Source: Selaginella moellendorffii (Eukaryota > Plantae > Lycopodiophyta). From it: a DNA stretch of 64,000 bases. Below are positions 1 through 13,199 of this stretch, piece by piece. The translations under genes were made by a program, and so were the position numbers. Position 1 is the first letter of the stretch. Each line of letters starts with the position of its first letter. Below the pieces are notes generated by a model, which was not told the origin of the DNA, did no database searches, and saw only the letters and a list, made by a program, of their open reading frames with translations. The stretch covers positions 504,336-568,335 of the forward strand of contig NW_003314344.1 of NCBI RefSeq assembly GCF_000143415.4, written 5' to 3'.

Positions 1-1385
1 TTTCCAGGGCTCTTCACTGCTGTAAAGAGAGACGTCTTACGGGTGATGGACTATCAGGAGCTGCAGTTTCACGATTGCGGTGACCGTGTTGCCCAGTTTC
101 TACGCCTCCAATCAAACATTCCAATGTACAGAGACTGTTTGCACGTAGCTGGACAACAAGAAGTTCTTCTTGTCAATACTCATCTCATATTCCCGCACAA
201 CTCCAACTTTTGTCTGGTGCGGCTGCGTCAGGTATGAGTTTGGTGTGCTTTGTGACTAGCTAGCTGACCAATTCGTGGCGAGCAGGTTTACAAGATCCTC
301 AAGTATTTGGAGCAGTACAAAGATGACCACAATCTATCGCATGCGCCAGTTTTACTCTGCGGGTTAGTCAAGATATCTTCCAGCACGTTACATATGATTT
401 TTTTCAGGGATTGGAACGGGAGCAAAAGGGGCCAGGTGTACAAGTTCCTGCGGTTGCAAGGGTTTGTGTCATCGTACGATGTTGCTCACCAATACTCGGA
501 TTGTGAAGCTGATGCGCATCGGGTAAGGAGTCCACACCACTAGCCGTTTTTGACATATTTTTTTCTCAGTGGGTGAGTCATCGTAATCACCGGGGCAATA
601 TTTGTGGAGTCGATTTTATATGGTTGCTCAATCCCAGCAAAAGTACAAGGTCGCTGAGAGAAAACTGGAAAAGCGCTGTATTCGGCATCATTAAAGTATG
701 TCCATACGAAAGTGCTTTTCATTTTCACTTGTTTTTTTCTTTTCCTGTGACAGTCAAAACTTCTCCGTGAACACGGCAAACAAGGAAGAGACGCGTTTTG
801 TTTTTTCCAGCAGAACGAATGCGATGAATGCTTGACTTATGAAGATTTCCATGCGACTCTAAGACGGGTAGGTCTGCATGCAGTTCTAACTTGCCTATCT
901 AACAAAGAGATCGCAGCTTGAGCTGACGAAGGAGGACTTGGAAGGGCTCTCAAGAGATGAGATTGAGGAACTGATAAAATCTGCAGACTTTGATGGCAAC
1001 GGCGTCATTGACTACGACGAATTTCAAGTATGTATGTCACTCAACTTAGAAAAGTCTTATGAAGTCTATATTTCAGGAGAGTCTCGCGTTTGACAATGCT
1101 TTCGACTGCAACAACGGAAGCAGCCTTGGCAGCTGGTCGAAGAGAATCTTCCAAACGGAAATAAGAAAAAGCTCCTGGGAGTTTGCTCAGCCTGAAGAGC
1201 CGGATCATCATCCTTGCCTGGTGGAGTCGAGTCCTGAGCTTGACGTGAGACACGCATCGTTTCATCCCCCGGAAGTGGAGCAGGGGACATGGCCCGACAA
1301 CTACTCTTTGTCCGACCATGCACCTCTGACTGCCATGTTTGCTCCGGTGTACGCGCAAAGCAGGCAAGCTTGCTCAAATTTCTGA
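1..1385 (+). CDS. EF-hand-containing endonuclease/exonuclease/phosphatase (EEP) family protein, 5' end outside window, multi-exon
   Basis: Spliced exons give VNTHLIFPH, CG/DWNGSKRGQVYKFL, SHRNHRGNICGVDFIWL, an EF-hand loop DFDGNGVIDYDEF (~985-1025) and the terminal SLSDHAPL motif of EEP enzymes. Stop at 1383-1385. GT-AG introns of ~50 nt. Confidence 0.88.
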
Positions 1386-1753
1386 CGCTAACGAGCCTGC
1401 ATGGATGCATGCAGGTTGTTGCAACAATTGCCGGCAAATTTCGGCTTTTACGATTGATTAAAGGAAGAGCTATATTGCCTTATAACGTAAGATTGACGAG
1501 GGACCCAAACTTTTAATACCTTCTCATCTGGTCCAGACACGAGAAGAGACCGCCAACGGGGATACTCAGGTGCGTTGCATTCGTGAGTTAATATGTTACT
1601 AACCAATCTCACAGGTTTCGTAGAAATATATATTATAATGTTCGTGAATGAAACTGAGAATTTCAAGTAAGTTTACAATCACAAAAATACTTTATGACCT
1701 CTTTTTTTCTGTTGTAGCAAATTATTTCTTGTTATACATTCCACAATTTTGAG

Positions 1754-3832
1754 TTACAAGCTTTGGATGAGAAGCTGGCTCTCTTGTCCAAGCTCAACTC
1801 CTTTGGCCAACTTCTTCATTTCTACAAGATCATCTTGAGCCTCACTCTCGTCCTGATTTGAAGCTACCACTTGCAAAGCAGGACCATTATCAACGAGCGT
1901 GTCGGGGCCACCGTCCGGGACAAGAGCCGTGAGGAAGATCAATGGCAACAATCTCATGATGCTTCTCACCACCACGGCCAGCCACAGATTGGTGTAGTCG
2001 TCCTTCTTGACGTGGAAGAGCCTGAGGAGCCAAGCGCCAAGCCAGGAAGCAGTGGTACCCCCGAGATTGGACACGGACATAAGAAAGGCAAACACTGTTC
2101 CCTCCACTCCCGGCGGGCAAAGTTTGGCCGAGAGCACCAGCATTGGCATCAGCTGCAGCTTGAAGATGACGCTCGACAGCGCCTTGTCACCGAGCACGAA
2201 AAAATGGTCTGGAACTCCGAGCTTCAAGTTGTATCTCGTGACGAGAGCAATGTCTGGGAGACTGACGAGGCAGACAGCAACCTGGGAAGCAAACGTTCAA
2301 GGTGGCGAGAGAAGCTCGCTCGCGATCGAGTTACCTGAGTCCACTTGAACATCGTCCGGAACGAGTAGAATCGAAAGCAGGTGTTGTAGAGCAGGATCCC
2401 ACAGACCATGGCGACGTAGCCGATTGCACTGACGAGGCCGAGGAAGTTCTCGCTGAAGCCGGGCCCGTGTTTGGAGTCCGTCATCCAGAAGAACATTGCC
2501 TCCGAGATGTCAGGACACACAGCTCCCTGCAGCGATGAGAATTCTACGTGAGAAACCAACGGAGGAGCAGCAGCATTGCGAGATCGAAACAAAGAAAAGG
2601 AGGTGGAAAGGCTGGAAGAGAGAGTTCACGCTGAAGAGGTATATGTACAGCGCTGGCTTCCAGATGCTCGGGCTGCGGACCGTGGCGGTGAAGAGGTGTA
2701 CCGTGCGGAGCAGTGCCGCGAAGTTGGCCCCCGCGAGCTGCTTGGGGAGCTTGTCCTCGGGAAGAGCCCACGCTGCAACGATGAGCATGAGAGGCGCCGT
2801 GGAGATCAAGAGGAAAGCTCCCTTTGGACCCAAGGAGTGGACGGCTGGCCCGGCAATCCCACACCCGGAGAGGCCACCGATCGCCATGCTCCCCCACGAC
2901 AAGCTCTGTGCAAAACAACAGCATGAGATCATCTCAGGGTGGCAGTAGCGGAGCTCTCTTCCTATCAAGATCAAGAAATGGTGGTAAACTCTCTCTCCCT
3001 ATTTCGCTCGATCAATCCACTCAAGTTCTCTTCCAGGATATTTTTGCGAGAACTCAAGACGATCAAGCGAGCTCCTTAAAGTTCTTCGATCTAGCCGTGA
3101 CGGTGGCGAAGTTCTCGACTCGCAATCACTGAGAGAAGAATGGTTACCTGCAAATCACTGGCGAGGTGTGGTACGTTTCGGCTGTGCTGTGCCACTGCGG
3201 CGTCGGTGACGACGTCCGGGAAGGCGGTACACAGCGCGGCACCGGCGAGCAGCAGCGTCGCGAGCAGCGGCGATGGAGTGGGAAGAAGCGCCAGCATCCA
3301 CAAGCACAAGCTGCCGGCCATGCCGCACGTCGCCAAGTAAGGCCATCGCCGGTAGCTGCCAAGAACAAATTTTTAAGAAGAGATCTTTGGCAGGCCCGAG
3401 AACTCTACAAAAGTTACGCTGTACCCGCCAATGGGAAACGTGTCCGTTATAAGGCCGTAGATTGGCTTGATGTCCCATGGCAAGCTCGACAGTGCCTGGA
3501 AGAAAGAAAGAAGAAAAGAAGAAAAAGGTATGGAAAAAGAGAGAATTTGCGCCGCTTGCCTGGAATGCCTGGGTTGACGATGGCTGCAGCTTTTGGACGT
3601 CTTTCCAGTAGTAATTGATGGCCATGTTCTTGACGCTCTCGCCATATCCCTGGTTGACGCCATACACGATCATCACCACTGCCAGGAATGGGGCTCCAAA
3701 TGCCGCGCGCAGCTGCCCAATCCAATCCACCAGGCCCATCGCCCTCTTCGCCTTTGCAGCGCCCAGATCTTCCTCCTCCACTGGCGATGCTAGCTCAACT
3801 CCCAAGGATCTCTCCTCGTCTGCTGGATCCAT
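1754..3832 (-). CDS. Folate/biopterin transporter (BT1 family, MFS), multi-exon
   Basis: ATG at 3832 (MDPADEE). BT1 motifs [34 protein letters not shown] and AKLCPPGVEGTVFAFLMSVSNLG. Many TM segments. Stop at 1754. Confidence 0.9.
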
Positions 3833-4689
3833 TGGAGAGAAATCACAGAGAGAGAGAGAGAGAGAATTGGAGAGGGTTCCTGCGCTAATCCATCGAGAAT
3901 CGAGGAGGAGGAATTCGTCCGGCCTTGGTCTCTGGGTGACAAGCTCGAGCAAACCTCGGATCTCGCGGGCGTGGCATCCCAGCGACAGAGAAGAAGCACA
4001 AGATCAGAACTGGAAACCCCTATCTCGCGTCTCTCCCGCCGATCGCGAGTAGAATCCACAGCAATTCCACGCCCGGACCGCGGGCGAGATCGCCCACGAC
4101 GCTCCTTTGTCCTAGATCGGCGAGCCCACTGCACAAAGTCGAGAGAACCGACAAAAACAAAGACCCTCTTTCCCTCGATCTTCTCGATCTTCTCCTCCTC
4201 TCTGCTCGATACTGGCGAGCGATTCCTCTGGCACTGATCTCTCGCCCAAAACAAGAGGGATTTTCTTCCTCTTTGCTGTGAGGATGTTTACACCTAGAAT
4301 GAGACAGCCGCAACGAAGAAAGCGTGACCATTGACTGTAGACCCGGCGCCGCATTAGATTAGCGTGATGTTAATTAAGCGCGGTTAGCTCACTCCCATGA
4401 GAGAATAATGATGGGCGCGTACAAGCCAAGATCCTGTCGCTGGAAATCCATACCATAAGCAAGAAGCCAAGTAGTAGGCCTTGTTCTTGTTGTCCGGGGC
4501 ATATTCGCCGCGATGGATGGAAAGAGCATCTTTCCCACGTGAACGCTGCATGTATTATTATCCACTCGCGGCGAGCATATTCACCCCAAAGATCCTTTTA
4601 TACCTTTACCTGGAGCTAGTTAATTTCCATGGTTAAAGGTAAACTTACCCATAGTTATGTTTGAACTTAATCTTCTAAAACCCCCCAGG

Positions 4690-4701
4690 TAGGGTTTAGG
4701 G
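4690..4701. promoter_or_regulatory. Telo-box-like motif (TAGGGTTTAGGG) just upstream of the NOV-like ATG
   Basis: Reverse complement contains AAACCCTA. Lies 14 nt before the ATG at 4715. The same motif occurs at 25606-25613 (before ZIP) and 47350-47357 (between the proteasome and UGT genes). Confidence 0.4.
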
Positions 4702-4714
4702 CATTTCTCTCTCC

Positions 4715-7700
4715 ATGGCGGAGAGAAGGATTCCTTCCGGCAGCGGTAGTGGAGGTCAGGTATTTCCAGATTATCGTCCTGCTCTTCCTCCTCCTCGGCC
4801 TTGGATTGCGCCCGGGATGTGGCAGCCGCAGCCTCATCGGGCAATGTACGAGGAGACGATCAAGCGCTTGGATAATGCGGCCGTCACAGCTTACCAGCAG
4901 GCTCTTGGCGATGGCAACGGTGTCACAGTCGCGGCGGTTCTCGGCAGAATGCTGTGTCAGCTGGGGATTTACTCGCTGGAGTCGATTGGTGTGCAAATGC
5001 ACCAAGTCCCTTGCTTGAGAACGCTATCGGCAATCGAAGGAAAGGTGGGAATCGAGTATTTTTTCTCTTTCTGTTCTTTCTTCTCAAATTGTTGCGCGAG
5101 TTCTGTTCTAAAGCCTTTCTACCTTTCTATGGGTGTAGGTGAACGCCTATATAGTGGCTTATGTTGCAGGGAACCGGATCACGACGCTCCACGACCTGGT
5201 TCTCGGGCTGTGCGAGGAGGAACGAGTTGATACGTTTGATGATCTTGGCCTTGGACCTGTCGTAAAACACGCCCTCGTCCAGCAAATTTTTTCTGCCGGA
5301 TTGATGCAAGTTTACAAGATTACTGCGTTGGAGGTTTTAGAGGACTTGAACAGGGTGATGGAGAAAAAACAGCACGTTGATCCGGCTGCTCTACTCTCCT
5401 TCATTGCCGAAGAGAGAAGTGTGGACGTCAAAAGACTCTGCGTTCGCATTCAAAGCCTCGGGTTAGTTTTTCTCCCTTCATCGTTTTTAATCTCCTGACT
5501 GACTGTGGCCGTAGGATGTACATTGGTATCACTCGGGAAGTGAAACGGAAAGAAAAAGAAGCTCTACAAAAGTGGGAGGCAAACATGAAGAAAGCCCGCG
5601 AACAGAGGGAAGCTATACAGAGAGCCCTGAGAGGAACGCAAACCAACACTAACGTCGAATCCTCTGCGTCCCAGAAACCTTCACACATACGGTTCTGCTA
5701 CTCCGATTCTGATTCTGACGACAACAAGGCAGTACCTCCGAGGCATAGCACATGTCCATTTCCATCCTCACGAGAAGAACAGAGAAAACCTTGTGGAGAA
5801 ATGGTGGACAACGAATTTTCTCTCAAAAAATCTGCTGTCTCTGATTTTGTTCGTACTTGGAAGCGCTGTTGCCACGATTCTCCAGTGACCGAGGTAACAT
5901 CTGTCTCTTCCATTTCTCTACGAGTTTTTTTCATGTATCTTTGAAGCAGGTACTTAAGCGAATGCTTGCTCAAGTAACCAGTGAAAAGAATTTGAGGAGG
6001 CTTTTCAAACTCTTTAAAACTCGTCCAGCACTTGCATTGCTGAACATCGCTGTAAGGAGACTTTCTAGTCTTTGCGTGCTTCGTGTTTTAATATCTGGTT
6101 CTCGTAGGTAGCCTCCATGAAAGGCTGCTTTCATTCGTCAGATGAAGACATGGATGCAACAGTGCAATGCTCCACTGCAGAAGTGGAAAAAGCTTTTGAG
6201 TCGCTATCGGGATTCGACTACGAAATCAGCAGAGCATCGATTGTTGAGTTTGTAGCAACGTGGAGAGATACTTGCCGCGACTGTTCTGTGGCTCAGGTGG
6301 GCAGATGTCTTTATTTTTGTTTACTGAACTGTTTGTTAGGCACTGAATCACATTCTAGCGGATACCAAGGGAAGTCGTAAAGTTCGCTACTTCAAATTCT
6401 ATCCGGTGGCTCAAATACTTCATGTTGCTGTAAGAATCATGGCTTCGTTGGATTTACCGTGAATGCTTTCCTTTTAGTTAGTCTCTATCAATTCTGGAGA
6501 ATGGGACGTCATAGCTCCAGAAGCGATCTCTGATGACGACGACGTAGTAGCTCTTGTGGAAGCTCCTCCCGCGTGCACTGGTATATTCTTTTATTTTATT
6601 TTATTTTAATTTTTTGGAGACTTCACTTGCTACGGCTCTCCTTGCAGGTACCAATGACGAGGTTTTCTCAGTGATCAAGGAACATTTTGAACGATACGTT
6701 CCAACAACGCACGGGAATGGCAGGTGGTGGTGCAATGTTCTGAATTGGGCCATTGGCTGTGAGAAGCTGCTTTACAGTTCATTCACAGATAAGGTGTTTT
6801 CCAGTCTAGGATGCAAAAGTCTTCTGAACTATCTGGAAGTGCATCTCGACAGGGTGATGGTGATGGAAAACAGAAGCTTAATCGATACCACTACAGTTCC
6901 ACGGAATCGCATGCAAGCGTTTGGTCGGCAAGCGTCGAATGCAGATGCCACTTTGTCAGAGAAGGATATATCAGTCCGGTGCTGCAAGCAGTTCAATCTA
7001 GCAACGACAAGCTTTGAGGATCTTACCCCAGATGATATCAGGAGACCAAGCACAGTTTACTTCTCGGTAGCGTTACTTGGGGAATATTTGCCAAATTTCA
7101 GTGCCAAGGTTGGCAAGCTTGGAAGTAAGACAGACGCAGATGCCGAAGCATGTCTCGTAAAGGCACCAATGCTAGCTGACTTGACACTTTGGTCGCAATG
7201 GACGGACATCTATGAGCCTCAACTTGGTCCTCTTCTAGAGTGGCTCGAGCATGGAAGATGCAACCGGCAGGTTCTAGCTGTTGCGACCAGGGATGGCAAG
7301 CTCTTGCGAGTAGATGGAGATGCAAGCGTAGATAGCTTTCTCGATGCAGTTATAAACGGGCGGTCTTTGGATGTTGCGGCGCAGCTGGTATCTCTAGTAG
7401 TGTTGTACGGAGGAGCAGCAAGAACTCCAAAAGCGCTACTCCAGACACATGCGCTTAAAGGGCTACAAATATACTTCGATCGAGCAAGGGTAAACAATGG
7501 CCGGAAAAGGAAGCAGGAAAACCGTCACGAAGCAGCCTGCTTTATACTTGACTGCCTTGCAAGCGCGCCTCACGATTTTATTGAGTTCTCGGCGGAGGTT
7601 CTTTACGCTGGACTTTCCAGAGTGTTCCCGGATGCTGGCTCCCTACTTCTACAAAACTGTAGCAGCGTCCTTCATCACTTGATGCTTCACAGGGTGGGAT

Positions 7701-10700
7701 TGGCGTTGGGCGTTCCGCAGTGGATTAACGACTACTCCACTTTTGAAGCTGCAAGTCATGCAGATGAGAGCTATCGGGATAGCTCTTCCGCCTGTGAGAA
7801 CCACTTCAAGAAACCGAGGCGTGACGAGACCGTTTTGTCTGAGCGACAACCGGGTAGTCAAGCCCGTTCTGTGAAGAAGGAGGTGGCTGATATGTCGGAA
7901 GAAAGCCTCGATAGTGATGCGAGAGAAGTGGTACGAATGATACGTAAGGACGAGTTTGGTTTCGAGGAACAAGACGAAGTAACTCAGTCTGGACTACTTG
8001 CGAAGCAGCATGCTCGAATGGGCCGTGCCTTGGAGTGCCTTTCTCAGAATTTGTATTCGGAAGATTGTCACTTCATCCTTGAGCTGGTACGCATTTTCAA
8101 AGGCTTTTCTTTTCTTTTCATGGTCTTCTGTTTTTTGGTTGTTTGTTACCCAGGTGCAAAATGCCGATGACAATAGCTATCCTCTGAACGCCCATCCCAC
8201 ACTCGCTTTTATCATTCAAAAAGACCGGATCGTCGTTTTAAACAATGAGAAGGGCTTTACAGCGAAGAACATCCGTGCTCTTTGTGATGTCGGGAAGTCC
8301 ACAAAGAAAGGGGTACCTGCAGGCTACATTGGACACAAAGGAATAGGATTCAAATCAGTCTTCAGAGTAAGTCAGTTTTAGGTGCTTTGCTGTTGATTGA
8401 CGATTATCTTTTCAGGTCACAGAGTCTCCACAAATACATTCAAACGGCTTTCACGTCAAGTTCGACATATCAGAGAGCTCTATCGGCTTTATCTTACCGA
8501 CGTGGGTGCAGTCTCCTCTTGATAACGCTTACCTTGAGAACGTCCTTTCACAAGCAACTGGAGAAGATACCTGGTGCATCAACACTCGTATCGATCTTCC
8601 TCTTCGGGCGTCCGTAGTCGAGGCCAACTCTATGTCACGCATGTTCCAAGACGTACAACCCAAACTACTACTCTTCCTTCACAAGCTGCGAACGGTTGTC
8701 GTCAAGAACGAAGCATCGGATTCGTGCTTGACCATGCGTCGTCAAGATATTGGAAACAACATCATCAAGCTGACAGATGGAAGGAGCACAGGTACTTTTC
8801 TCGTCGTGAGGCAGCTTCTTGACGCGCCTATGGATCGGGCTGGGGTTCCGGACACTGAGCTTGCTCTTGCTTTCGAGCTGAAGGAGAGCCGTGATGGACA
8901 CTACGCGGCACTTGCCGTTCAGCAACAGGTGTTCGCCTTTCTACCAGTACGCTCTTACGGGCTGAAGTTCGTCGTACAGGGCGACTTCATTCTTCCATCT
9001 TCACGGGAAGACTTGGACCGGGACAGTGCATGGAACCAGTGGTTACGTGCTGAGGTTCCAAAGCTCTTCCTACAATCACTCCACTGCTTTCAATCATCTG
9101 CAGTCTTTGGAAGCCGCATTGAAGCTATATCAAGCTACTTGAGCTACGTTCCCGTTGAAGGCGAGGTGCTTGGTTTTTTCTCTTCGGTCCCGAGGATTAT
9201 TCTATCCTTGCTACGAGCTGCTCCTTGCCTGCCTGTTGAAGGTTCAGAGCTCTGGTCGCTGCCATGCACAACCTTGAGAGGATGGGGCGACGCATTTCGA
9301 CTGCTGGTACCCGATGACATGCTGAAAAAGTATTTGGGACTGCTCTACCTTGACAGAGAGGTGATCATCAGCGATATTCTTGCATCGGCCTTGGGAGTTC
9401 CGGAGTATGGAGTGGAGACGCTGGTTGGCTTGCTGAAAGCTGCTGCTAAATCGCTGGACGACCTGGGAATAGAATGGCTGCGAAGGTGTCTTGTGGAAAT
9501 CCACAAGTGCTTTGCCTACGAGAAACAGAACTTTGTACATCAGGAGCAGAAGGTGGCGGGAACTCTGCGAGGTGTTCCTTTCATTCCTCTATCTTCTGGC
9601 GGATTCACATCACTAGAGGACGGACTAGTTTGGTTCCTTGATGGCGAAGGTTTACAGGGACACTCTAAAGATTTCCTGGACCTCTATTCGGACATTAGAA
9701 CCGTGAGTCCGTTCCTTATCGACGAGGAAAGCACCGCTGGTACTATAAAGGAGATGCTTGTGAAGCTGGGGGTTAAGGTGGTGACTGCGCATGAAGTTAT
9801 CAAGAGCCACGTTTTACCAGCAATGGCAAGCGTGGATTGTCTCGAGAAAGATCCATCACTTCTCCTGCAGTACCTGGCTTACTGCGCCTTACACTTTGAC
9901 AAGCTCGACAATTGCCGAAGCTGTCAAGCAGAGAAGGACGGACTTTTATCTCAGCTCAGGAATACAGCGATTGTTCTCACTAAGGACGGCCTGCGCAGCG
10001 TCGCTGAACACAGCATACACTTCGGCAAGGAACTGGGCAACATTGTCGACGTCGAAAAATTGCTCGAGGATGCTCCAGTGCCATGGTGTGAGGTTGATAG
10101 CAAGTACCTCCAGTTCAATCCATCACCGGCGTTTTGGCGGAAGTTCTTCATGTCGCTGGGAGTCAGCGACTTTATCAACGTGCTGCCGTCGAAGGTGAGG
10201 GTCGGGGATAAATCATCTACCGTCTGGAAGAACGAGAGTTGGAAGCACGCGGATGGGAACACTGCCTGGATTATACAAGACTGGGGATGCGCCGACTCGT
10301 TCCGCATATGCAACGCTCTTGCACGGAGTGGAAGGCCTGAAAATTGCAGGCTTTTCCTGACGGTGTTGGACAGTATGTGGGATGAGCACTACGATCGGTT
10401 CTCGAAAGGCAGCTACAGTGTGGAAGGTGCTCCCAGCATTGGTGACGACTGTGAGTCGTCTTTTGTTTTGCAACTCCGAGGGTACACTTGGATCGGTTCC
10501 AGCTTGGACCATCAACTTCATAAGCCAACGGAGCTGTTTCACAAAAGCGTGGAATCGATGCTAGGAAGCTATGTTTCCTATGCCCGGCCTCAGGTGCGTA
10601 GCATTCGTAAATTTATCTCGTGTCGTACTAGTTCATGTGCAGGTTGGTAGTAGCAAACTGGCAAAAGCTTTGGGTCTACATACAGAGGTGCGACTGGAGG

Positions 10701-12744
10701 ATATAATAAATTTAATGAAGCTGCTCAATGAAAGAGAAAAAGAAGGAAGCTGTTCAATCAGGTACAACTTTGTTTTACTCCATGACGTTTCCTAACAGTA
10801 TGTTGTATTTACAGCATTGGCCAGATGGAAAGAGTATACACGTTTTTGTGCGAGAAAATGGACAAGCAGGAGTTGCAGAGGCAGTTTGAATCTTCTACTT
10901 ACATATTTTTACCTTCCGTTCGAGTGACGAGAACCAACGAAAATGTCACTGGAAATCTTTATTCAGCTGCACAGGTTACTTGGGAAGATCCGTTTGGTTT
11001 TGACGATTCGACGGATGGGAAAGTTCCTGTCAGAACACTTTGCCACGTTTACTCAGCGGAAATGCGAGATTTCTTCGTCGAAGGATGCTGCGTGCCTGAC
11101 GTACCTGACTTCGATGCTTATATCAGCATACTCCAGCACATTGCTGGAACCGTGCCACCTTCTAAGATCCTTGACAAGGCACGTAAAGAGCCCGTTTCTT
11201 TTTACTTGTTATTAAGTGTGTTTTCCGTGTTTCTCCAGGTTCTGGAGCTTTTTGCTCATTGGTCGCGAGAACTTGACAATGGCAAAATGAAACCGGAAGA
11301 GCTGGATCGTCGAACGAATGCGTTGCGAGCGAGCGGTGCTCCCATTTTACCGACAACGCAGAACACTTGGACGGGTTTGACAGATGCGGACCGCATATTG
11401 TGCTGGTGTGACGATGCCAAGCTTGTTGATGCGTTCGACTACTTAGACAGTGCAGTCAAGTTCGTGGATGTCGGGAGATCTTCAGCTCCGATCATGTCCT
11501 TCTTGACGGGAATCGGAGTATCTCGCTTTTCGGAGGTAATGTTGTGGATTATGAATTGCTGTGTTGGCTAATGCTTCAATGTCGCAGGTAGTTGAAAAGG
11601 AAGCCATTATTTATGGCCCAAATAGCTCGCCAGAGCTTGAAAACATCATTTCGCTGGTTCTTCCATATGGTCAGAGGTATTTGATACAGTTTCATCCGGA
11701 GAATTACAGACGCTGCAAGGAAGATGGGTGTCTTCGTGAATTTCAGTGCTTCATTGTGGACAGGCTGTTTTCGCGGTACAAGCTTAAGTCGACAGGATTT
11801 TTTTCGCGTCACAGGATTCCCTGCAATTGCTTACTAGAGGTAAGAATGATTTTTCTTTTGGTACTTACATACTATGGTTTGTGCAGGACAATAAACTCTA
11901 TGTTTCTTCCACGCATATCCAAGAGTATGCTTCCATTTTTCTAGAGCTCTCGCGTCTTTTCTTCAGTGGCACGCAACACACGCCTCTAGCCAACTTCTTG
12001 CACTTGGTAGCACTTCAAGCCAAGGGTCTGGCGGACGATGATGATTTGGAGTCTCTGGTTTCAAGCTCGCAGAACCTGATGCCTCTCCCTACGGAAGAGG
12101 CGCCCTGGAAGCTGGGAGGGAGCCAGAGGCACAACCCGAGCACGTCAACCATGGCAGCCCGGGCCGACGAGTTTCTCGAGCGGCAGAGAACAAAATCGAA
12201 GACCGCCAGGCACTCCATCGAAGCTCCCGGCGATAGTGCAGTGCTCCAGAAGCAGAATGTAATCGATCTGGACGACTACAACTTCACTGAGCAGCAGGCA
12301 GACGACGCTCAAGAGCTCAGCGTGGTCGACCGCGACAAGCTCGTATCATCACGTCCGGCAAACCGGGAGCAGCAGGAAGTTACTGGAAGAAACGGCGAGA
12401 AGATGGTATACGAGCACCTGTGTAGGAAGCACGGCCAGGACGCCATGGTCTCGTGGGTGAACGAGGAGGTGGAAACGGGCTGTGCTTACGACATTGTGGT
12501 GGAGTGGTCGGACGGGCGGAAGAAGTTTGTGGAGGTGAAGTCGACAAGATCGAGCAGCAAGGATTGGTTCGAGTTATCTCCCTGGGAGTGGGAGTTTGCG
12601 AGCAAGATGGGCGATGGATACAGCATCATCCGGATCCAGATGCTCCAGAACAAGCAGCAGGCTCGGCTTATGACGTTTGACAATCCAGTGCAGCTGTGCC
12701 GAGACAAAGTCTTGCAGTTGGCCGTGCTGGTTCCACATTCATAG
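4715..12744 (+). CDS. NOV: NO VEIN-like protein: N-terminal plant region, sacsin-like GHKL ATPase, C-terminal DUF3883/NOV_C PD-(D/E)xK-like domain; multi-exon
   Basis: GHKL motifs LYSEDCHFILEL/VQNADDN, NNEKGF, CDVGKSTKK and IGHKGIGFKSVF. Sacsin-like FLPVRSYGLKFVVQGDFILPSSRE. C-terminus GRNGEKMVY..AYDI..FVEVKST..FELSPWEWEFA. Stop at 12742-12744. Confidence 0.9.
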
Positions 12745-13199
12745 GAAGATATTCTTTTAAACCCTTCCACTCCATATATTAACTTATTTGCTTCAAGGTT
12801 GATTCGAAGATGAGAAGATCAGGATGCTTTCTTGCACCTTTGTGAGTTACGTATGATTTATAAAATACCATGCAAATTGACACTTGAAGTTTATAGTACT
12901 GGCTATCACCCATGGGCGCTGGCTGATGCATAGCTGTTTGTGCCGCTCTTGCTTTTGTGCCACCGCGCTTGCCGTCGGTTACCAGCTGGGCTTTAAAAGG
13001 TTTTAGCGCTTTTCGTAGAGGCAACTCATTAACTCACCAAGCGCCACTTCCAGATGCGAGTGCCCTTTCTCGGCATAATCAAAGCCAAGTTTTCAAAAAT
13101 GTGATTGCCAGAGGGAGATGACAAGCTGACCCTGGAATGGATGACAGGCGGTTTACCGTTAGTCTTCAGCTGAAAGTCATCTGAAAGCGGCATTCCAGC

